From: an uncultured Chloroflexia bacterium
GTDB lineage: Bacteria > Chloroflexota > Dehalococcoidia > SZUA-161
DNA length: 64,000 nucleotides
Assembly (NCBI GenBank): GCA_963827295.1
Contig: CAWHAI010000015.1
Coordinates: 9,407-73,406, forward strand
Direction of reading: 5' to 3'
In this document: piece after piece, positions 60,863 to 64,000 of the stretch
Layout of the letters: each line of letters begins with the position of its first letter
Position numbering within the stretch: the stretch's first letter is position 1
Made by a program: the position numbers and the translations under genes
The notes under the pieces: generated by a model
Seen by the model: the letters and a program-made list of their open reading frames with translations, nothing else
Told to the model about the DNA's origin: nothing
Databases searched by the model: none

Positions 60863-62369
60863 TCAGCTACCTGCCATTCTTACTCCCAGGATTTCGAGCT
60901 CGGTGTCGGTGAGCCCAACACCTCTCAAGTGTAAGCGGTTGCCTCTCAGGCTCTCTATAGCGTTGACCCCCATGCCACCCAAAATGTCCTTCAGTTCCAG
61001 GCTCCAGCCGCGCAACAGGTTTGCCAGCCTTCTGGCTCCGATATCCGGGTTGATCCTCTTGGTCAGGGCAAGGTCGGTCGTGCAGATACCCCAGGCGCAC
61101 TTCCCCGTGTGGCACTGCTGGCAGATTGTGCAGCCCAGAGCAACCAGAGCTGCAGTCCCGATGTAGACGGCGTCAGCTCCTAGGGCAATTGCCTTGGCTA
61201 CATCCCCGCTGTTCCTGATCCCCCCTGAAACCACTAAAGAGGCACGGTTGCGGATACCCTCCTGCCTTAGCCTGCTATCCACAGAGGCGAGGGCCATCTC
61301 GATGGGTATGCCCACATGGTCGCGGATGATCTTGGGCGCAGCGCCGGTGGAACCCCGCAGTCCATCGAGCACTATGATATCCGCCCCAGCCCGCACCATC
61401 CCGCTGGCTATGGCTGCCGAGTTGTGTACAGCTGCTATCTTGACCGATATCGGCTTGGTATAGTTTGTAGCCTCTTTCAAGGCATGGACAAGCTGTGCCA
61501 GGTCCTCAATAGAATATATATCGTGCTGTGGCGCTGGCGACAGTGCATCCGTCCCTCTGGGAATCATCCTGGTCATGGATACCTCAGCGCTGACCTTTTC
61601 CCCGGGGAGGTGTCCCCCGATGCCGGGCTTAGCCCCCTGGCCGATCTTTATCTCGACCACCCTGGCAGCATCGAGGTACTCAGGATGGACGCCAAACCTG
61701 CCTGATGCCACCTGCACTATCGTGTTGGCGCCATACTTATATAGGCTTCGGGTGAAGCCCGCCCTCTCCCGTGTTCCATAGAGTGCCTGCTTCAGTGGCT
61801 GCCCGTGCCAGGGACTCATGCACATTCAGGCTCACTGCCCCATAGGACATGGCAGCGAACATTACGGGTACCTCAATCTTGACCTGGGGAGCCAGCTCGG
61901 TCTTCAGGCTCAGCGTTTTCGGATCTATCTCCACCTTATCGGGCTTTCTACCCAGATAAGTGGTAAGCTCCATCGGCTCCCGCAACGGGTCAATGGAGGG
62001 ATTAGTCACCTGGCTGGCATTGAGAACCAAGTGGTCCCAGTAGACGCGGTATCCCTTGTCGTTGCCCATCCCTGTGAGAAGAACGCCACCTGTCTCAGCC
62101 TGCTTGATGATGTCCTCGATTACTTCAGGACGCCAGTTGTAGTTTTCCCTGTAGTCCAATGGGTTCGCTCTTATGGTTACCGCATTAGTGGGGCAAAACA
62201 CGACGCAACGATGGCAGCCGACGCATCTGCCTTCGCGGCTTCTCACTACGTCATCCTCAGCATCATAGTAATGCGTGTCGAAGGAGCACTGGTTCACGCA
62301 CACCTGGCACTGAATACAGCGCTCAGAATCTCGCTCCACGATAAACTTTGGTGGCAAATAAGTCTTCAC
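60863..62369 (-). pseudogene. glutamate synthase FMN (central) domain protein with N-terminal 2x[4Fe-4S] domain, one frameshift
   Basis: CIQCQVCVNQC and CVGCHRCVVFCP. After a break at ~61750: IKIGQGAKPGIGGHLPG and VSGGIRNSGDVAKAIALGAD. Confidence 0.8.
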
Positions 62370-62381
62370 CTTGTCCCCCTG

Positions 62382-63149
62382 CTATCTCCTGACCGGAATC
62401 CCTTTTTCAGCAAGGTAATCCTTGGCCTGGCGAATCGAATAAGTTCGATAGTGAAAGATGCTGGCGGCAAGGACAGCATCGGCCTTGCCGATGACAAGCG
62501 CCTGAAAGAGATGCTCGAGGTTACCTGCGCCACCGCTAGCTATCACCGGCACGGTCAGGCTTTCGCTCATGGCGCTAGTTAACTCCAGGTCATATCCCAG
62601 ACGGTGGCCGTCAGCATCCCAACTGGTCAGTAGCACTTCTCCCGCACCAAGCGCGACAGCCTGCTCAGCCCACTCCAATGCATCGATGCCTGTTGGCTTC
62701 CGTCCTCCATGTGTGCAGACCTCCCATTTCGGAGCGTCGCTGTTCTTTACTTTCTTGGCATCTATGGCTACCACGATGCACTGGGAGCCGAACCTCTTCG
62801 CCCCCTCGCCGATAAGCTTGGGATTCAGCACAGCCGCCGTATTGATGGCAATCTTATCAGCTCCTGATTCCAGCATAAGTCTCATATCGCGCGTGCTGCG
62901 CAATCCCCCACCTACGGTAAGCGGGATGAAAACCTGTTCTGCTACTTTTTCAATCACATTCACCATCGTTTTGCGTCCTTCCGGCGTGGCGCCGATATCC
63001 AGAAAAACCAACTCATCGGCATCCTGCTGGTAGTAGAACGCAGCCAGCTCCACAGGGTCACCGGCGTCACGAAGCTCGCTAAAGCTTGTGCCCTTAACCA
63101 CACGCCCTCCTGTTACATCCAGACAAGGGATAATCCTCTTCGTCAACAT
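62382..63149 (-). CDS. hisF: imidazole glycerol phosphate synthase cyclase subunit
   Basis: 255 aa. [40 protein letters not shown]. Confidence 0.85.
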   Translation of the reverse strand: MLTKRIIPCLDVTGGRVVKGTSFSELRDAGDPVELAAFYYQQDADELVFLDIGATPEGRKTMVNVIEKVAEQVFIPLTVGGGLRSTRDMRLMLESGADKIAINTAAVLNPKLIGEGAKRFGSQCIVVAIDAKKVKNSDAPKWEVCTHGGRKPTGIDALEWAEQAVALGAGEVLLTSWDADGHRLGYDLELTSAMSESLTVPVIASGGAGNLEHLFQALVIGKADAVLAASIFHYRTYSIRQAKDYLAEKGIPVRR

Positions 63150-63160
63150 CTGCTCAAGCC

Positions 63161-63370
63161 TTACTTGGCAATTTTGGGTCGGGGTCGGCCTGTCTCATAT
63201 TTGCCAGAACCCGATGGCGCCCTATGTTCAACTACACGCTCAACACAGTTCGGGCACCAACCCTCGAAAAAGGGCTCGAATCTGCTGAGTTCCTTGCTCA
63301 AATACCGACCGAATTCTGTCAGAGTCACCGGATTCCCGCACTTGGGACAAATCCCCTTTTCCGTTTCCAT
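63161..63370 (-). CDS. small zinc-ribbon protein
   Basis: 69 aa from Met20 (GGGAGG RBS). CPKCG...CPNC. Confidence 0.5.
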   Translation of the reverse strand: METEKGICPKCGNPVTLTEFGRYLSKELSRFEPFFEGWCPNCVERVVEHRAPSGSGKYETGRPRPKIAK

Positions 63371-63383
63371 GTATAACACCTCC

Positions 63384-64000
63384 CTACCTGACGCCACTTC
63401 CTCTGTCGAGCCCCACCGCCCTTGCACTTACGGGAGCGTTCTCCGGCTTCAGTCTGCCTATAATGGGCTCGCCGCCCATGGGAATCCATGTCCGGTCCAG
63501 GTCCGGGCAGATCAGGCGAATAGCTGATTCCTCGGAGGAAAGATAGAGCACTTGGTCTTTTACTCCAACAGTGAGCGGGCGTAGCCTGATTCTGTCGGTC
63601 AGGCCCGATCATTTCACCGTGATGAGCTACTATTATAGTAAAAGGACCGTTCAGCATCAGGCTTCCATACACCTGCCGCAGTGTGCGAAACAGCTTCTGT
63701 TGCCCTTCGGGAAGGCGCTCTATATCGCTCCAGAAGGGTGGCGCCAATACCTTAGCCACTATCTCCATTGGAAGGCCGTGCCTTCGTACCAGGAGGTCTA
63801 CAGCGTAGGCTATCACTTCAGTATCGGTCTGTAAGGTGCAATGATAGCCAAACCCCTCAAGGTAGCGCCTGTTTATCCCGTAGGAGGAGATCTCACCGTT
63901 GTGAACCACCGTCCAGTCTAGAATATTGAAAGGGTGTGCCCCACCCCACCAGCCCGGCGTATTGGTGGGAAATCTGCCGTGGGCTGTCCATATATAACCC
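63384..64000 (-). pseudogene. glutamate synthase class-II glutamine amidotransferase domain protein (5' end outside the window), one frameshift
   Basis: ...[34 protein letters not shown]...TDTEVIAY.... Break at ~63610, then [28 protein letters not shown].... Confidence 0.75.

Noticed and set aside
60136-62582. 258-aa and 254-aa plus-strand ORFs
   Set aside because: They are antisense to the GXGXG, FMN-domain and hisF genes, all of which have strong family motifs. They have no motifs of their own.

Overview
This is a 64-kb bacterial chromosomal window. Gene content is reminiscent of an anaerobic Chloroflexota/Dehalococcoidia-like organism, but that is inference only. It has four parts.

(1) 0.1-7.4 kb: a CoA-ester catabolic operon with two thiolase-fold proteins that appear to lack the nucleophilic Cys, two stand-alone DUF35 proteins and a BKACE enzyme. 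A tandem-hotdog thioesterase and a cyclase-family hydrolase flank it.

(2) 7.5-27 kb: an accessory, mobile stretch.
- Two different IS3-family insertion sequences, each with a recognisable -1 slippery heptamer.
- tRNA-Glu next to a small RHH gene and GTTAAGCA iteron-like repeats.
- A tandemly duplicated, partly decayed ABC-2 exporter module.
- A 6.3-kb island integrated in tRNA-Lys, bounded by 43-bp att repeats. It carries integrase, Xis, an HUH Rep, a LuxR-type HTH gene, a highly structured non-coding region, a methyltransferase-nuclease fusion and a coupled DUF4238 gene.
- An aldolase/amidohydrolase/nitroreductase group.

(3) 27-45 kb: a response regulator, a second ABC-2 exporter, and a ferredoxin/FAD-oxidoreductase/CoA-transferase/acyl-CoA dehydrogenase/double-hotdog hydratase/transglutaminase-like cluster. 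These are followed by pilT and a lipase-glpK-G3P dehydrogenase set.

(4) 45-64 kb: a minus-strand supercluster of glutamine/ammonia genes.
- carA and carB, separated by a homing-endonuclease-repeat/PD-(D/E)xK-like ORF and preceded by a PyrR-type attenuator.
- nrpR, nadE, glnA and glnK-amtB.
- Two tRNA-Gln genes and a second amtB.
- An atypical OmpR-type regulator and a second nrpR.
- An archaeal-type split glutamate synthase interrupted by hisF and a Zn-ribbon gene.

About 25 otherwise well-conserved genes are broken only by small indels. This looks more like sequencing or assembly error than decay and must be checked before any pseudogene call is believed. No CRISPR array or rRNA was seen.
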